Numbered from the stretch's first letter, positions 25,594 through 38,794 are shown. The stretch is 64,000 bases of DNA from Oikopleura dioica (GCA_907165135.1 OU015567.1:6572001-6636000); one strand, 5' to 3'. Notes: generated by a model from the letters alone, not told the origin. A program made the numbers and translations.

Positions 25594-27546
25594 ATGAAGA
25601 TTCCTCCTCTCATACCACTCTTTCTCGCAGCTGCAAGTGCACAAGGATACAATTACTACGACTATTCCGTCGATAGCTACGAGTACGATCTTGTCTCGGA
25701 TTACACTCTTGCTGGGGATTCAAGCTGGGATGTTCCACCTAGGATCGAGATTCAAAAAACAAACATTGTTTATGAAATGTTAACAGATATTTTTGATCAT
25801 GCGAAAGGGGTGATAACTCGAATAATTATTGGGACAGAGCTTGGAATAGAGAATTTAAAAGAACGAAGGAATTGGTTGTCGATGCTAGGGGGGACATAAC
25901 GACTCCTACTAAACCGTAATGATATTGATTCAGTGAAGATATTTGATTGGTTTTAGTCAAGTGCCTAAATCTTCGTCAACTTTAAAAACTTCTACGAATA
26001 TAAAAGCATCAACAACAAAGATTCCAACGACGACTTCTATTCCTACCACAACAACGACAACAACGGAGAGCACAGCAACTACAACAAGAACAACTACAAC
26101 GACAACTACGACGACCACAACCACCACATCCACGACGACCACGACTACGAACTCGACAACTACTACGACGACGACATCCACGACGACGACGACGACCACC
26201 ACCACATCCACCACGACAACTAGGATGGCCAAGACAGCCACGACAACCACGAGAACCACGAGAACAACATCAAGAAACACGACAACGACAACAACAACCA
26301 CAGTGAGCATAACAACTAGGTCACCGTTTTCTATTGAAATCAGCCCGAAAGTCCGCACCGACGAAAAAGTCGATCTGGAAGTCCCAGAGCTCCTTTACCG
26401 ATCTTCAAACACATCGAAGACATAGAAGACTCCTCCTTGGATTCCTCAGAAATCGAGCTTCCAATTTGCCCTTCAAGACCGCAGCAAGTCCAAAGATGCG
26501 GGCGACGACGAACTGAGCAACCGACACTTCGCGAAATCGAGATCGTAATTGACGATCTTGCTTACCACTTCGAAGATGTTCGAGATTCTCAACACTTTTT
26601 CCTGGAAGCAGCACAAAGTGAGTCGAACTTCGGCGAGTGGTCTCCTCAAATCTGGCCTGTGACTAAAGAGCAGTTTCTAAGAACGAAAGATCCAAGAATC
26701 AAAGGTACCGACGACCAATTGAATTTTGTAATAAGATGATCGCTAGATTCGTCAGGTGTTTCCGAAATAATAGGAAGACCTTGGTCAGACGTTACTTATG
26801 ACGAACTGCGGGAGCCTACGAACAGTGGGATATGCTTTTACCTCCTCTTACAATCGATTTCATGCTTCCCTATCCGCCACTCAACGGATCATCAAAATCT
26901 AATTTTGTCTAAAATTGGCTATCGCGATTTAGACACGATATTTATTCGCAATGAAACCTGCAACTATCCAAAGAAAATCCTTTTTCTCCTGGACACGTCC
27001 GCCTCCGTGAATGAGCATTTTTACGAAATGAAGATGCTCCTCAAAACCCTAAGCGATTATGTTTATGACTCTGATTGGAGCGTTAGAACTTTCTCAAGAA
27101 CAACGAGAAAGTACTGGCGACCTAAAGACATAATTGCGATTGAAAATGACAACTCAGTGACAGATATTCATTCTGCCGTTGATCCAATAATTGAAGAAGA
27201 CTTTCAATTGGATTCGGATGATCAAGGACGGGATTAACTTCATCAGGGTTTCATGATTACGAATTATTTGATCCTCATCGACTAAAAAATCCTGAAATAA
27301 GCGATGATCATCATCTCCGACGGCCACTTTTCGGACAAAACTCGAGCTTACTTATCAGCACGAAAACTCAAAAAGAGTCTACCTAGTCTTCAAATCCTCG
27401 CGATTGGGTTAGGACATCACATCGACAAGGAAGCTAAGTCTCGATTGGAATGGTTCACTGGCGATGCTTTGTCAATTTTCACAACGAAAACTGATGATGA
27501 ACGCGAATCAGCTTCGTCGACCATCGGTACATTCCGATGTCATTAA
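25594..27546 (+). CDS. Secreted mucin (Thr-rich) plus VWA-domain protein, copy 1
   Basis: Signal MKIPPLIPLFLAAASAQG; poly-Thr tract; VWA MIDAS motifs FLLDTSAS and IIISDG; inferred introns 25875-25956 (GT-AG), 26706-26756 (GT-AG, 51 nt) and 27227-27301 (GA-AG). An A5 run near 26364 breaks the frame. Confidence 0.7.
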
Positions 27547-27848
27547 ATTCCAAAAATAATTAAATGCTGCAATTCTTCTGCATAATAATTGACCGTCCAT
27601 TTGCTCGGTCAGCAGAGTTTTCCCTCTGACGCAGCAGTAAAGTACAGTAGATTCGCTGCAAATACAGTAAACAAACAAGCAGATCCAATTCAAAGGTACC
27701 TCTCGACCAAATGAACAAGTGAAATTCTTCTGCCTGAGCGACAATGTTTACTTCTTTGCGAAGAGAAGAGCTTCATTCTGTTTTCCTGTTTTTTACCAAC
27801 ATCAAATCATCAAATGCATTTTTCATAATTTTTTTAATAAACGAGAAA

Positions 27849-29802
27849 ATGAAGATTCCTCCTCTTATATCACTCTTTCTCGCAGCAGCAAGTGCGCAAG
27901 GATACAACTATTACGACTATTCCGTCGATAGCTACGAATACGATCTTGTCTCCGATTACACTCTTGATGGGGATTCAAGCTGGGATGTTCCATCTAGGAT
28001 CGAGATTCAAAAGACCCACATTGTTTATGAAATGTTTACAGATATTTTTGATCATGCGAAAGGGGTGATAACTCGAATAATTATTGGGACAGAGCTTGGA
28101 ATAGAGAATTTAAAAGAACGAAGGAATTGGTTGTCGATGCTAGGGGGGACATAACGACTCCTACTAAACCGTAATGATATTGATTCAGTGAAGATATTTG
28201 ATTGGTTTTAGTCAAGTGCCTAAATCTTCGTCAACTTTAAAAACTTCTACGAATATAAAAGCATCAACAACAAAGATTCCAACGACGACTTCTATTCCTA
28301 CCACAACAACGACAACAACGGAGAGCACAGCAACTACAACAAGAACAACTACAACGACAACTACGACGACCACAACCACCACATCCACGACGACCACGAC
28401 TACGAACTCGACAACTACTACGACGACGACATCCACGACGACGACGACGACCACCACCACATCCACCACGACAACTAGGATGGCCAAGACAGCCACGACA
28501 ACCACGAGAACCACGAGAACAACATCAAGAAACACGACAACGACAACAACAACCACAGTGAGCATAACAACTAGGTCACCGTTTTCTATTGAAATCAGCC
28601 CGAAAGTCCGCACCGACGAAAAAAGTCGATCTGGAAGTCCCAGAGCTCCTTTACCGATCTTCAAACACATCGAAGACATAGAAGACTCCTCCTTGGATTC
28701 CTCAGAAATCGAGCTTCCAATTTGCCCTTCAAGACCGCAGCAAGTCCAAAGATGCGGGCGACGACGAACTGAGCAACCGACACTTCGCGAAATCGAGATC
28801 GTAATTGACGATCTTGCTTACCACTTCGAAGATGTTCGAGATTCTCAACACTTTTTCCTGGAAGCAGCACAAAGTGAGTCGAACTTCGGCGAGTGGTCTC
28901 CTCAAATCTGGCCTGTGACTAAAGAGCAGTTTCTAAGAACGAAAGATCCAAGAATCAAAGGTACCGACGACCAATTGAATTTTGTAATAAGATGATCGCT
29001 AGATTCGTCAGGTGTTTCCGAAATAATAGGAAGACCTTGGTCAGACGTTACTTATGACGAACTGCGGGAGCCTACGAACAGTGGGATATGCTTTTACCTC
29101 CTCTTACAATCGATTTCATGCTTCCCTATCCGCCACTCAACGGATCATCAAAATCTAATTTTGTCTAAAATTGGCTATCGCGATTTAGACACGATATTTA
29201 TTCGCAATGAAACCTGCAACTATCCAAAGAAAATCCTTTTTCTCCTGGACACGTCCGCCTCCGTGAATGAGCATTTTTACGAAATGAAGATGCTCCTCAA
29301 AACCCTAAGCGATTATGTTTATGACTCTGATTGGAGCGTTAGAACTTTCTCAAGAACAACGAGAAAGTACTGGCGACCTAAAGACATAATTGCGATTGAA
29401 AATGACAACTCAGTGACAGATATTCATTCTGCCGTTGATCCAATAATTGAAGAAGACTTTCAATTGGATTCGGATGATCAAGGACGGGATTAACTTCATC
29501 AGGGTTTCATGATTACGAATTATTTGATCCTCATCGACTAAAAAATCCTGAAATAAGCGATGATCATCATCTCCGACGGCCACTTTTCGGACAAAACTCG
29601 AGCTTACTTATCAGCACGAAAACTCAAAAAGAGTCTACCTAGTCTTCAAATCCTCGCGATTGGGTTAGGACATCACATCGACAAGGAAGCTAAGTCTCGA
29701 TTGGAATGGTTCACTGGCGATGCTTTGTCAATTTTCACAACGAAAACTGATGATGAACGCGAATCAGCTTCGTCGACCATCGGTACATTCCGATGTCATT
29801 AA
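27849..29802 (+). CDS. Secreted mucin plus VWA-domain protein, copy 2 (intact as assembled)
   Basis: Same structure; the A6 run keeps the Thr-rich exon in frame (265-aa ORF 28198..28995). Confidence 0.75.
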
Positions 29803-30108
29803 ATTCCAAAAATAATTAAATGCTGCAATTCTTCTGCATAATAATTGACCGTCCATTTGCTCGGTCAGCAGAGTTTTCCCTCTGACGCAGCAGTAAAGTA
29901 CAGTAGATTCGCTGCAAATACAGTAAACAAACAAGCAGATCCAATTCAAAGGTACCTCTCGACCAAATGAACAAGTGAAATTCTTCTGCCTGAGCGACAA
30001 TGTTTACTTCTTTGCGAAGAGAAGAGCTTCATTCTGTTTTCCTGTTTTTTACCAACATCAAATCATCAAATGCATTTTTCATAATTTTTTTTTTTAATAA
30101 ACGAGAAA

Positions 30109-32061
30109 ATGAAGATTCCTCCTCTTATATCACTCTTTCTCGCAGCAGCAAGTGCGCAAGGATACAACTATTACGACTATTCCGTCGATAGCTACGAATA
30201 CGATCTTGTCTCCGATTACACTCTTGATGGGGATTCAAGCTGGGATGTTCCATCTAGGATCGAGATTCAAAAGACCCACATTGTTTATGAAATGTTTACA
30301 GATATTTTTGATCATGCGAAAGGGGTGATAACTCGAATAATTATTGGGACAGAGCTTGGAATAGAGAATTTAAAAGAACGAAGGAATTGGTTGTCGATGC
30401 TAGGGGGGACATAACGACTCCTACTAAACCGTAATGATATTGATTCAGTGAAGATATTTGATTGGTTTTAGTCAAGTGCCTAAATCTTCGTCAACTTTAA
30501 AAACTTCTACGAATATAAAAGCATCAACAACAAAGATTCCAACGACGACTTCTATTCCTACCACAACAACGACAACAACGGAGAGCACAGCAACTACAAC
30601 AAGAACAACTACAACGACAACTACGACGACCACAACCACCACATCCACGACGACCACGACTACGAACTCGACAACTACTACGACGACGACATCCACGACG
30701 ACGACGACGACCACCACCACATCCACCACGACAACTAGGATGGCCAAGACAGCCACGACAACCACGAGAACCACGAGAACAACATCAAGAAACACGACAA
30801 CGACAACAACAACCACAGTGAGCATAACAACTAGGTCACCGTTTTCTATTGAAATCAGCCCGAAAGTCCGCACCGACGAAAAAAGTCGATCTGGAAGTCC
30901 CAGAGCTCCTTTACCGATCTTCAAACACATCGAAGACATAGAAGACTCCTCCTTGGATTCCTCAGAAATCGAGCTTCCAATTTGCCCTTCAAGACCGCAG
31001 CAAGTCCAAAGATGCGGGCGACGACGAACTGAGCAACCGACACTTCGCGAAATCGAGATCGTAATTGACGATCTTGCTTACCACTTCGAAGATGTTCGAG
31101 ATTCTCAACACTTTTTCCTGGAAGCAGCACAAAGTGAGTCGAACTTCGGCGAGTGGTCTCCTCAAATCTGGCCTGTGACTAAAGAGCAGTTTCTAAGAAC
31201 GAAAGATCCAAGAATCAAAGGTACCGACGACCAATTGAATTTTGTAATAAGATGATCGCTAGATTCGTCAGGTGTTTCCGAAATAATAGGAAGACCTTGG
31301 TCAGACGTTACTTATGACGAACTGCGGGAGCCTACGAACAGTGGGATATGCTTTTACCTCCTCTTACAATCGATTTCATGCTTCCCTATCCGCCACTCAA
31401 CGGATCATCAAAATCTAATTTTGTCTAAAATTGGCTATCGCGATTTAGACACGATATTTATTCGCAATGAAACCTGCAACTATCCAAAGAAAATCCTTTT
31501 TCTCCTGGACACGTCCGCCTCCGTGAATGAGCATTTTTACGAAATGAAGATGCTCCTCAAAACCCTAAGCGATTATGTTTATGACTCTGATTGGAGCGTT
31601 AGAACTTTCTCAAGAACAACGAGAAAGTACTGGCGACCTAAAGACATAATTGCGATTGAAAATGACAACTCAGTGACAGATATTCATTCTGCCGTTGATC
31701 CAATAATTGAAGAAGACTTTCAATTGGATTCGGATGATCAAGGACGGGATTAACTTCATCAGGGTTTCATGATTACGAATTATTTGATCCTCATCGACTA
31801 AAAAATCCTGAAATAAGCGATGATCATCATCTCCGACGGCCACTTTTCGGACAAAACTCGAGCTTACTTATCAGCACGAAAACTCAAAAGAGTCTACCTA
31901 GTCTTCAAATCCTCGCGATTGGGTTAGGACATCACATCGACAAGGAAGCTAAGTCTCGATTGGAATGGTTCACTGGCGATGCTTTGTCAATTTTCACAAC
32001 GAAAACTGATGATGAACGCGAATCAGCTTCGTCGACCATCGGTACATTCCGATGTCATTAA
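30109..32061 (+). CDS. Secreted mucin plus VWA-domain protein, copy 3
   Basis: Same structure; the last exon has A4 instead of A5 in AACTCAAAAG near 31885 (frameshift). Confidence 0.7.
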
Positions 32062-32367
32062 ATTCCAAAAATAATTAAATGCTGCAATTCTTCTGCATAA
32101 TAATTGACCGTCCATTTGCTCGGTCAGCAGAGTTTTCCCTCTGACGCAGCAGTAAAGTACAGTAGATTCGCTGCAAATACAGTAAACAAACAAGCAGATC
32201 CAATTCAAAGGTACCTCTCGACCAAATGAACAAGTGAAATTCTTCTGCCTGAGCGACAATGTTTACTTCTTTGCGAAGAGAAGAGCTTCATTCTGTTTTC
32301 CTGTTTTTTACCAACATCAAATCATCAAATGCATTTTTCATAATTTTTTTTTTTAATAAACGAGAAA

Positions 32368-34314
32368 ATGAAGATTCCTCCTCTTATATCACTCTTTCTC
32401 GCAGCAGCAAGTGCGCAAGGATACAACTATTACGACTATTCCGTCGATAGCTACGAATACGATCTTGTCTCCGATTACACTCTTGATGGGGATTCAAGCT
32501 GGGATGTTCCATCTAGGATCGAGATTCAAAAGACCCACATTGTTTATGAAATGTTTACAGATATTTTTGATCATGCGAAAGGGGTGATAACTCGAATAAT
32601 TATTGGGACAGAGCTTGGAATAGAGAATTTAAAAGAACGAAGGAATTGGTTGTCGATGCTAGGGGGGACATAACGACTCCTACTAAACCGTAATGATATT
32701 GATTCAGTGAAGATATTTGATTGGTTTTAGTCAAGTGCCTAAATCTTCGTCAACTTTAAAAACTTCTACGAATATAAAAGCATCAACAACAAAGATTCCA
32801 ACGACGACTTCTATTCCTACCACAACAACGACAACAACGGAGAGCACAGCAACTACAACAAGAACAACTACAACGACAACTACGACGACCACAACCACCA
32901 CATCCACGACGACCACGACTACGAACTCGACAACTACTACGACGACGACATCCACGACGACGACGACGACCACCACCACATCCACCACGACAACTAGGAT
33001 GGCCAAGACAGCCACGACAACCACGAGAACCACGAGAACAACATCAAGAAACACGACAACGACAACAACAACCACAGTGAGCATAACAACTAGGTCACCG
33101 TTTTCTATTGAAATCAGCCCGAAAGTCCGCACCGACGAAAAAGTCGATCTGGAAGTCCCAGAGCTCCTTTACCGATCTTCAAACACATCGAAGACATAGA
33201 AGACTCCTCCTTGGATTCCTCAGAAATCGAGCTTCCAATTTGCCCTTCAAGACCGCAGCAAGTCCAAAGATGCGGGCGACGACGAACTGAGCAACCGACA
33301 CTTCGCGAAATCGAGATCGTAATTGACGATCTTGCTTACCACTTCGAAGATGTTCGAGATTCTCAACACTTTTTCCTGGAAGCAGCACAAAGTGAGTCGA
33401 ACTTCGGCGAGTGGTCTCCTCAAATCTGGCCTGTGACTAAAGAGCAGTTTCTAAGAACGAAAGATCCAAGAATCAAAGGTACCGACGACCAATTGAATTT
33501 TGTAATAAGATGATCGCTAGATTCGTCAGGTGTTTCCGAAATAATAGGAAGACCTTGGTCAGACGTTACTTATGACGAACTGCGGGAGCCTACGAACAGT
33601 GGGATATGCTTTTACCTCCTCTTACAATCGATTTCATGCTTCCCTATCCGCCACTCAACGGATCATCAAAATCTAATTTTGTCTAAAATTGGCTATCGCG
33701 ATTTAGACACGATATTTATTCGCAATGAAACCTGCAACTATCCAAAGAAAATCCTTTTTCTCCTGGACACGTCCGCCTCCGTGAATGAGCATTTTTACGA
33801 AATGAAGATGCTCCTCAAAACCCTAAGCGATTATGTTTATGACTCTGATTGGAGCGTTAGAACTTTCTCAAGAACAACGAGAAAGTACTGGCGACCTAAA
33901 GACATAATTGCGATTGAAAATGACAACTCAGTGACAGATATTCATTCTGCCGTTGATCCAATAATTGAAGAAGACTTTCAATTGGATTCGGATGATCAAG
34001 GACGGGATTAACTTCATCAGGGTTTCATGATTACGAATTATTTGATCCTCATCGACTAAAAAATCCTGAAATAAGCGATGATCATCATCTCCGACGGCCA
34101 CTTTTCGGACAAAACTCGAGCTTACTTATCAGCACGAAAACTCAAAAAGAGTCTACCTAGTCTTCAAATCCTCGCGATTGGGTTAGGACATCACATCGAC
34201 AAGGAAGCTAAGTCTCGATTGGAATGGTTCACTGGCGATGCTTTGTCAATTTTCACAACGAAAACTGATGATGAACGCGAATCAGCTTCGTCGACCATCG
34301 GTACTAGACTCTGA
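32368..34314 (+). CDS. Secreted mucin plus VWA-domain protein, copy 4 (native C-terminus GTRL*)
   Basis: Same structure; A5 frameshift as in copy 1; runs into unique flanking sequence. Confidence 0.7.
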
Positions 34315-34720
34315 CTCCTCTTTCTTGAACTAAGGTCATCGTTTTTTAGCTGGAGAAGTTTTGAATCAAATTTGCAAGCGCCAAAAAGTTCGCCCTTCTG
34401 AAAGAAGACGAGGAAGAAGATATTCAAGTCAATGCCCACCCAGTTCAACTTGCATTGGCTGGTCAGACGGATGGTGCTCTTGCAACGAATATTTCAAGGC
34501 TTTCTATGGAGAGTGTATCCCTTGCTAGTGCAATTAATAAATTGACAAAACCGGTGAGTTTATTATTGAATACATAAAACAGAGCTAGTCTGTGCATTGA
34601 CATGTCGAGTATCATACGCGCCAGCAACAGTGGCGTCTTTATCCGAAGCTCTTTTCCGCAGAAAAATTCCATCGCAGACAGCGCTTGAAGAAATATGCTC
34701 GCTGCATCTTTTTGTGGTTG

Positions 34721-37700
34721 TCAAAATAGGTTTTGCCAGCTAGTAGCGGATTTTCGAACCTCTTTCCTGAACCAAGTGAGCGCGACTTCATGAGTTTTAT
34801 CGCAAAGTTTTCCGCCAATCTCTTTCCCGTTTTTCGTGTACTCCTTCATCGTCCAGCCGGAAATTAAAAGAGACGTAATCGTATTCACCGGTCTTTCATC
34901 CACATCAACAAAATCGACGGATCCATCGTAGAGAAACAAATGGTAGTATGGAAAAATGTTTCGGTAAAACTGCCGAAATATGGTGAGCTTATTTTCTGAT
35001 TAATATTTCGGTAACAGCCGAAACTTTTTTCACTTTTTTTCCATTTTTTGAGCAAAAATTACTCGAGATTTTTGAGCTGAAGAGTTGATAACTTATCAAT
35101 GATAAGGGAAATTTATTCAATGCACATACCAGCGCCAATCAAGATGAGAATGGAAAACCTGCCGAAACTTTATTGCTCAAAAGACATCAGTTTCTGATTT
35201 TTATTTCGGTTCGTACCGAAATATTTTTCCTAAAAGCAAGTCTTATATGTATAATTCTTTCGGCTGCCTGCCGAAATATTTATCACATTTGACCCCTTGA
35301 AAGTGATTTATATTTCGGTCGCTTTTACCGAAACATTCTTCCATACTACGAAACAAATGGTCTGAGAAAGGAAAGTCTGCGGTCAAATTCGTCGCGTTGA
35401 TTTTGACTAGCGGGCATGGATAGTTCGAGTTCTTTTGGAAGTAGAGCTTTAGTTTGCCAGATGTTTCGTTGTACATGTCATTTTGGCACAAATAGACTCT
35501 TGGAAAAATATCACGTGCGTCGAAATTCAGCAAGCATTTGTCTTTGTGATTGATGACATAAGCTAAAAAACATAATTACTAATAATCAATTTAACACTGG
35601 GAGTCCCACCTAAGTAACCGTCCGATTTGACCCTTTCTCCAAGCAAACGTTCGATCAAAACTCGTCCAGGTTTTTCTGCTCTCGTAAAAATCGCAGTGTC
35701 CGGGGAGACGAATGCGTCGATCCAGAACATCATCGACGTTCGTTCATCAAAAGCACTTGGATTTTCGATGATGGCAAATCCTTCAGGAGGAAGTCTTTTC
35801 AAAAAATCAACATCAGATCAGGCTAACCCATATCTTGATTTTTCGAGCTTTCCTCATATTCAAGCTTTCGCAAATCTCGCGGGCGTTCGTAAAAGTCGAT
35901 GCCATGTTGATGAACAATTTCGCATCGTAGAGATGATTTCTGATTGCAACCTTGCTGGTTTTGGCAGCCTGTGTAGAAAGCCTGAGTCAGGCTCACGAAA
36001 CGCGGCTTTGTCAAATTCCATTTAGGCAAAGCGGGGGCGGCTAGCGTGACTCAGGTTTTCTACACAGGTTGCCGAGACCAGGCATATAAATTTCGTTCGA
36101 AAACCCAAAGCGAACGCGAAGCGAAAGCGAAAAATTTTTCCAGCCAAAAAGCGAAGCGAAAGCGAAGCGAACGCTTATCTTGCACAGCGAAGCGAAAGCG
36201 AATTCGCCAAGCGAAAAATTCGCCAAAAGCGAAAAATTTGCCAAAAGCGAAAAATTCGCCAAAAGCGAAAATTCGCCAAGACTGAAAATTCGCCAAGAGT
36301 GAAAATTCGCCAAAAGCGAGAATTCGCCGAAAGCGAAAATTCGCCAAAAGCGAAAATTCGCCGAAAGCGAAATTTCGCCGAAATTGAAAGATATTGAAAG
36401 AAATTTGAATAAAACTTCGACCCATTTTTCTTATTTAATATAATAATTATGACACAGTTTTGGAACACCAAGAAGCTGAGCTTTCATTTGAGCCGTTTCC
36501 CGCCACTCAAAAATTCGATTGAAGAGATCTAGTTCCGATTTCGGAACTTCCGGTCCTATGAATGCCTTGACCCCTTGATATGGGATACCCGTCCAAATGA
36601 AAGCTTCTGGGCTTTCTAAAACCGAGAATTTTTGAAGGCCCAGGCTCTGGCAGTCATTTTGAGCTCTAGAAAAGTAGGGCGGGGGTGGGGTATCTGGGGA
36701 GCTAGAGGCTCTTCAAGTTAGGGAACTCGACCAACATTGAGTACTTTTTCCCAAAAAGTAGACGATTTGAATTCTTTTAATCGACGTTTATTCATTCATA
36801 AGTGTTTAAGATGTCGTTTGGGGTCAACTGAGGTCACTCTAGGTCAAGAATAATTGAAAATTCAGAAAACTCTAATAAGTGACCCGACCTGACCTCACAT
36901 GACCCAAAATGACAACTTCAACATTTTTAAATGAATTAAAATCGACAAAAAGACTTTTTGGAAAAAAGTACTCAATTTTCGCCGAGTTCTCCGACTTCAA
37001 GAGCCCCTAGCTCCCAAGATACCCCATCCCCTCCATACTTTTCTAGAGCTCAAAATGACAGCCAGAGCCTGGGCTAAAATCGAGTATAGGTGGGAGCCCC
37101 TAAAAGTCTTAGCCTTCAAAAATTCCCATTTCCGAAGTTGGCCAGATTTTGGGACTTCGGAGCTGGGGTTGGTAAAAAATGGTGGAAATGGTGGGTGAGT
37201 GGTGGTGGGCAACCCACCCACCACCTCAAGTCTCAAAAATCTGAAATGGTGGGAAGTGGTGGGAAAGATTTTTCGGCCAAACTTTTTTGGCGAAATCTTT
37301 CAAAAAGATCAGTTCTCTATCTAAAATGACTTACCTCTTAAGGTCTACTACCTAGGTAGACTACTTCGTTTTCCTTCTGTTGGTTAAAAATGACCGAAGA
37401 ATCGGTGTAATCAACTCCTATTCTATAAATTTTGGGGTCAAAAAACGCTTACGAAAAAAATCCACCACCCACCCACCATTCACCCACCACCACTACCTTA
37501 ATGCCTTAAAAATTTATAAATCATGCCTTCTGTTCTTTCTTCAGCTGTTTTTCAAATCTTCCAACCGGAAGCAATTAAGAAAGTTACTTTGATTTAAGCA
37601 ACTGATAATAATTGGAAGTGATTTATTTCAAAAATATAACATCAAAAGACTTTAACGATAGCGGCATCAGAATCAGAATCAAATTTTACCCTATCATGGA

Positions 37701-38508
37701 AGTTTTCAGAGAATTCTAATTTTTAGTCTTCCATATCTTCAGTTTTGAAGATTATCCAGGCTGAGCTTGATCATGATTTCCGGCTCAACATGCACATAAT
37801 TTCTGTTTACTCAAGGGTTCATACCGAGACTTGCGCCAACTTGGGCCCAGGAGCATGATTAGGCTTAATAAGCATCCTGGATGATCCCCAGCTTCTAGGT
37901 GTTCTTAAACTGTATTAAACCCTACTAAGCTAGAAAAAGAGCTCAATTATAAGTGATTTCCCCTATTTATACCGCTTTGAAAGAGAAAAAAGTAAGATTC
38001 GGCCAAATATTGGCGAAAAGAACTCTTGGCGAAAGCGAGAATTTGGCGAAATTTTGGCGAAAGCAAACTTCTGGCGAAAGCGAGGCCTTGGCGAAAGCGA
38101 AATTTTGGCGAAGATTTGCCAGAAGCGAAAATTTGGCGAAAGCGAGGCCTCGGCGAAAGCGAATTTTTGGCGAAAATCGGGGACAAAAAGCGAAAGCGAA
38201 GCGAACATCAGGAGTGTCATTTTCGGGGGGCGAAAGCGAAATTTTCGATTCGCTTTCGCTTTCGGCGAAAATCGCCAAGCGAATTTATATGCCTGGCCGA
38301 GACCAGCAACCTGGACGTTGACATGATAACTAGGCATCGTCTTGTTCTCTTCTTCCCGTTCAAAAAATTCCATCGCCATGATTCCGTCATTGGAGCTTTC
38401 CAGGGTGACCTTTCTTTTCCTGAAAAAATGGAGCTCAGTGGGAATCCCGATTGCTAGAAGCAAAAAGGTAAAAATTAAACAATTTATCCATGCTTTCCAC
38501 ATTTTCAT
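34721..38508 (-). CDS. Membrane-anchored or secreted protein with a C-type lectin-like segment, interrupted by nested transposons (3' end uncertain)
   Basis: Hydrophobic N-terminus (WINCLIFTFLLLAIG); after removing 35955-38306 the frame reads HVNVQVAIRNHLYDAKLFINMASTFTNAREICESLNMRLPPEG...MFWIDAF, resembling a CTLD start. Confidence 0.55.
36638..37075. mobile_element. Foldback element inside element B
   Basis: GCCCAGGCTCTGGCAGTCATTTTGAGCTCTAGAAAAGTA... pairs with ...TACTTTTCTAGAGCTCAAAATGACAGCCAGAGCCTGGGC; arm similarity extends about 200 bp. Confidence 0.8.
37180..37496. repeat. GGTGG/CCACC inverted low-complexity element inside element B
   Basis: GGTGG-rich left block and CCACC-rich right block around the palindrome CTACCTAGGTAG. 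Confidence 0.5.
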
Positions 38509-38634
38509 GTTGCAAAAAAAACATGGATTCAGTTTTTAAGTAGTCTAAAAGAAATGAGGCGGAACTATTATTCAGTTTTTTGAATTTTACGTAAAGCGAC
38601 CATAATCACAAAAAAACGTCAAAAAATTCACATT

Positions 38635-38794
38635 CTGGGCCGGCGACCCGTATTAAAAACCTGAGTAAGGGCTTAAAAGATCATGAATGAAAAGCCGCGT
38701 AGCGGCTTTTTTAAGAACGAAGCCGCTATGCGGCTTTTCATAAAAAGTCTTCTAGAGCCTTACTCAGGTTTTCTACACAGGTTGCTGAGCCCAG
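38635..38794. mobile_element. Family-A MITE, degenerate, no TSD seen
   Basis: Right arm ACTCAGGTTTTCTACACAGGTTGCTGAGCCCAG; AAGCCGC/GCGGCTT units. Confidence 0.8.

Larger units (their letters stand above)
25274..34304 (+). repeat. Tandem array of four ~2.26-kb units
   Basis: The same ORFs recur at offsets of 2256-2260 bp; junctions read GGTAC-ATTCCGATGT-CATTAA at ~27530, ~29786 and ~32045. Confidence 0.97.
36079..38295. mobile_element. Non-autonomous hAT-type element B with subterminal GCGAAA(A)TTCGCC arrays
   Basis: TIR CAGGCATATAAATT / AATTTATATGCCTG; perfect 8-bp TSD GCCGAGAC (36071-36078, 38296-38303); ~17-bp repeats at ~36200-36385 and in reverse at ~38005-38280. Confidence 0.9.
35955..38306. 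mobile_element. Family-A MITE carrying a nested 2.2-kb element
   Basis: Left arm CTGGTTTTGGCAGCCTGTGTAGAAAGCCTGAGTCAGG; right arm ACACAGGTTGCCGAGAC split by element B and completed by CAG at 38304-38306; TSD CAACCTTG / CAACCTGG. Confidence 0.85.

Noticed and set aside
25957-33132. Poly-Val ORFs on the minus strand
   Set aside because: Antisense shadow of the ACN-rich Thr tracts.
25594-34314. Array genes as amplified pseudogenes or stop-readthrough genes, since all copies share in-frame stops
   Set aside because: Each shared stop falls in a plausible intron (82-nt GT-AG, 51-nt GT-AG, 75-nt GA-AG) whose removal restores the frame and the VWA motifs; the remaining breaks are homopolymer indels.
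34191-34448. Minus-strand ORF overlapping the end of array copy 4 as a true antisense coding overlap
   Set aside because: The 3' exon structure of the lectin-like gene could not be fixed, and the overlap may be a chance open frame.
36041-36471. Overlapping ORFs with repeated FGEFSLLANF-type peptides (also 37947-38457)
   Set aside because: Translations of the subterminal repeat arrays of element B, open in several frames on both strands.
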